Sequence record: NZ_CP015380.1
Length of the DNA: 64,000 bases
Strand: one strand, 5' to 3'
Source of the DNA: a plasmid
Below are positions 62,991 to 64,000 of this stretch, piece after piece (within the stretch, counting starts at the first letter, position 1; each line of letters starts with the position of its first letter). The notes beneath the pieces were generated by a model. That model did not search any database and was not told the DNA's origin. It saw only the letters and a program-made list of their open reading frames with translations. The position numbers and the translations under genes are program-made.

Positions 62991-63827
62991 TTAGCATGAG
63001 GGTAGATGGCCTCTCCCTAACACACAGGGTGGAAGTTGTGTAGGTAAACTGAATAAAGCTAGGGGAGTAGCGCAATACTTACAAAAGACGTTGGTCATCA
63101 ATGAAAGTGAAAACGATGTGAGTGGTCTGTCGACCTTTTTTTTCTCAGAATAAGATACTTTCATTGGAGTGCGAGAGTTGATCTCTTCAACAACAGGTTG
63201 TAAGAAGCGACGTCGAAAATCGGGCATACGTGTATAGCTTTGCGGCAGTTGATAACGTTCCATCATCCAACTGATAGTCAACGACAATACACCAGAGCCA
63301 TCAGGCTTTCGATACTGGCATAGTGATTCGTAAAGTCTCATAGCATATGGGCTAGTGATCTCTTTTGTCTCGCTAAGTCTAAATTGTGTAAAACGATTTT
63401 GTAAACCGATAAAGTAAGGGATCAGGAAAGGATTGATATGAACGCTGTACGTCCCTCTAGCAGGGCTATAAGCACGTTTAATGAACCACGGGAAGGATTC
63501 ATAGCCTTTTTCACCGCCAGCGTCCTCTTCAGGTCGATAGACGGTTATTTCCTTGCCTGCAAACCCTTTTAGAGCTTGACGTATATCCTTACTGGCCTCT
63601 GCCGATGTTAGGCCAAAAGTACTGGCGTATTGTGATACCTGAATTTCACAGGTGCCATCATGTTCAGTCAAGGAGCCATCATGACGCCGAATTTGTTCCA
63701 CAAATAGATAGAGCATACGTTTCTGATCGCGAGTTAGGCTATATGCGGCTTCCGTCAGCTCATTGGACTGAACAATGCGCGGACTATTCTTTCTTCGTTT
63801 TGTATTTATGAGTGGAGTATCAGTCAT
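62991..63827 (-). CDS. repE: RepFIA replication initiator RepE (Rep_3 family)
   Basis: [47 protein letters not shown]...[10 protein letters not shown]...[52 protein letters not shown]...[17 protein letters not shown] is near-colinear with F RepE recalled from memory. The C-terminus is ~30 aa longer than F RepE. The six-frame ORF extends to 63887; the start at 63827 is inferred from homology. Confidence 0.9.
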   Translation of the reverse strand: MTDTPLINTKRRKNSPRIVQSNELTEAAYSLTRDQKRMLYLFVEQIRRHDGSLTEHDGTCEIQVSQYASTFGLTSAEASKDIRQALKGFAGKEITVYRPEEDAGGEKGYESFPWFIKRAYSPARGTYSVHINPFLIPYFIGLQNRFTQFRLSETKEITSPYAMRLYESLCQYRKPDGSGVLSLTISWMMERYQLPQSYTRMPDFRRRFLQPVVEEINSRTPMKVSYSEKKKVDRPLTSFSLSLMTNVFCKYCATPLALFSLPTQLPPCVLGRGHLPSC

Positions 63828-63840
63828 GACTTCGCCCGTG

Positions 63841-64000
63841 GAAATGTGACAATACATAAGGTTGTCACTGTATAGTATCCCTGTCAATAACCCTGTGAAT
63901 TATTGAATAAGGAAAGGGTGATTTGTCACAGTATTTAGGGCATTTTGTCACACTTCAACCACTTAATTGAGGGCAAAAAGTCACATATAAAGGGTAATTT
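63841..64000. promoter_or_regulatory. ori2-like iteron cluster and repE operator/promoter
   Basis: The inverted repeat gtgacaatacataaggttgtcac (an operator-like half-iteron IR) is followed by at least three direct iteron-like motifs (tttgtcacagtatttagggca, ttttgtcacacttcaacc, aaagtcacatataaagggtaa) running to the window edge. Confidence 0.65.

Overview
The window is a mosaic, heavily IS-scarred segment of an F-like (RepFIA) enterobacterial plasmid or integrated plasmid.

(1) 1-12 kb: decayed conjugation and leading region.
- A frameshifted YadA-like trimeric autotransporter and an EAL-domain gene.
- Two Frpo/ssi-like structured elements, a plasmid ssb and a truncated ParB-like gene.
- Toxin-antitoxin pairs relBE and vapBC.
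- A chimeric DUF932::traD ORF and a fragmented traI.

(2) 12-19.5 kb:
- A frameshifted IS110-family element.
- ccdAB.
- A 4.65-kb non-autonomous Tn3-family element. Its 38-bp terminal inverted repeats and a 5-bp TACTA target duplication are seen directly. It carries a LysO-like membrane protein, an MBL-fold hydrolase, a GlxA-type AraC regulator and a degenerate IS110-like copy.

(3) 19.5-47.7 kb: AT-rich accessory DNA bracketed by two inverted IS1-family copies, containing:
- A FUSC-like membrane protein.
- A DASS-family transporter plus malic enzyme.
- A 2180-aa LysM inverse autotransporter (intimin/invasin-type) adhesin with 11 tandem 366-bp repeats and a compositionally distinct C-terminal tip.
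- An MscS-family channel, a LuxR-type regulator and an extra sigma-32 (RpoH) paralogue with a small Cys-containing ORF.
- A frameshifted cfa.
- An IS graveyard of IS110, Tn3 tnpA, IS6 and IS3 fragments.
- A Tyr-rich secreted peptide, an orphan EvgA/BvgA-like regulator, a tRNA-like remnant and a YagU-like protein.

(4) 48.5-55.4 kb: a DctB/DctD-like sigma-54 two-component system divergent from an aspT-asdA aspartate:alanine antiport / aspartate 4-decarboxylase operon.

(5) 56-64 kb: RepFIA replicon region.
- A ResD-like recombinase, an unknown 200-aa ORF and an Rpn-family pseudogene.
- An unusually expanded incC-like iteron region made of 439-bp tandem repeats.
- repE with ori2 iterons.

All calls rest on motif-level reading of the supplied translations and sequence. 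No database searches were run.
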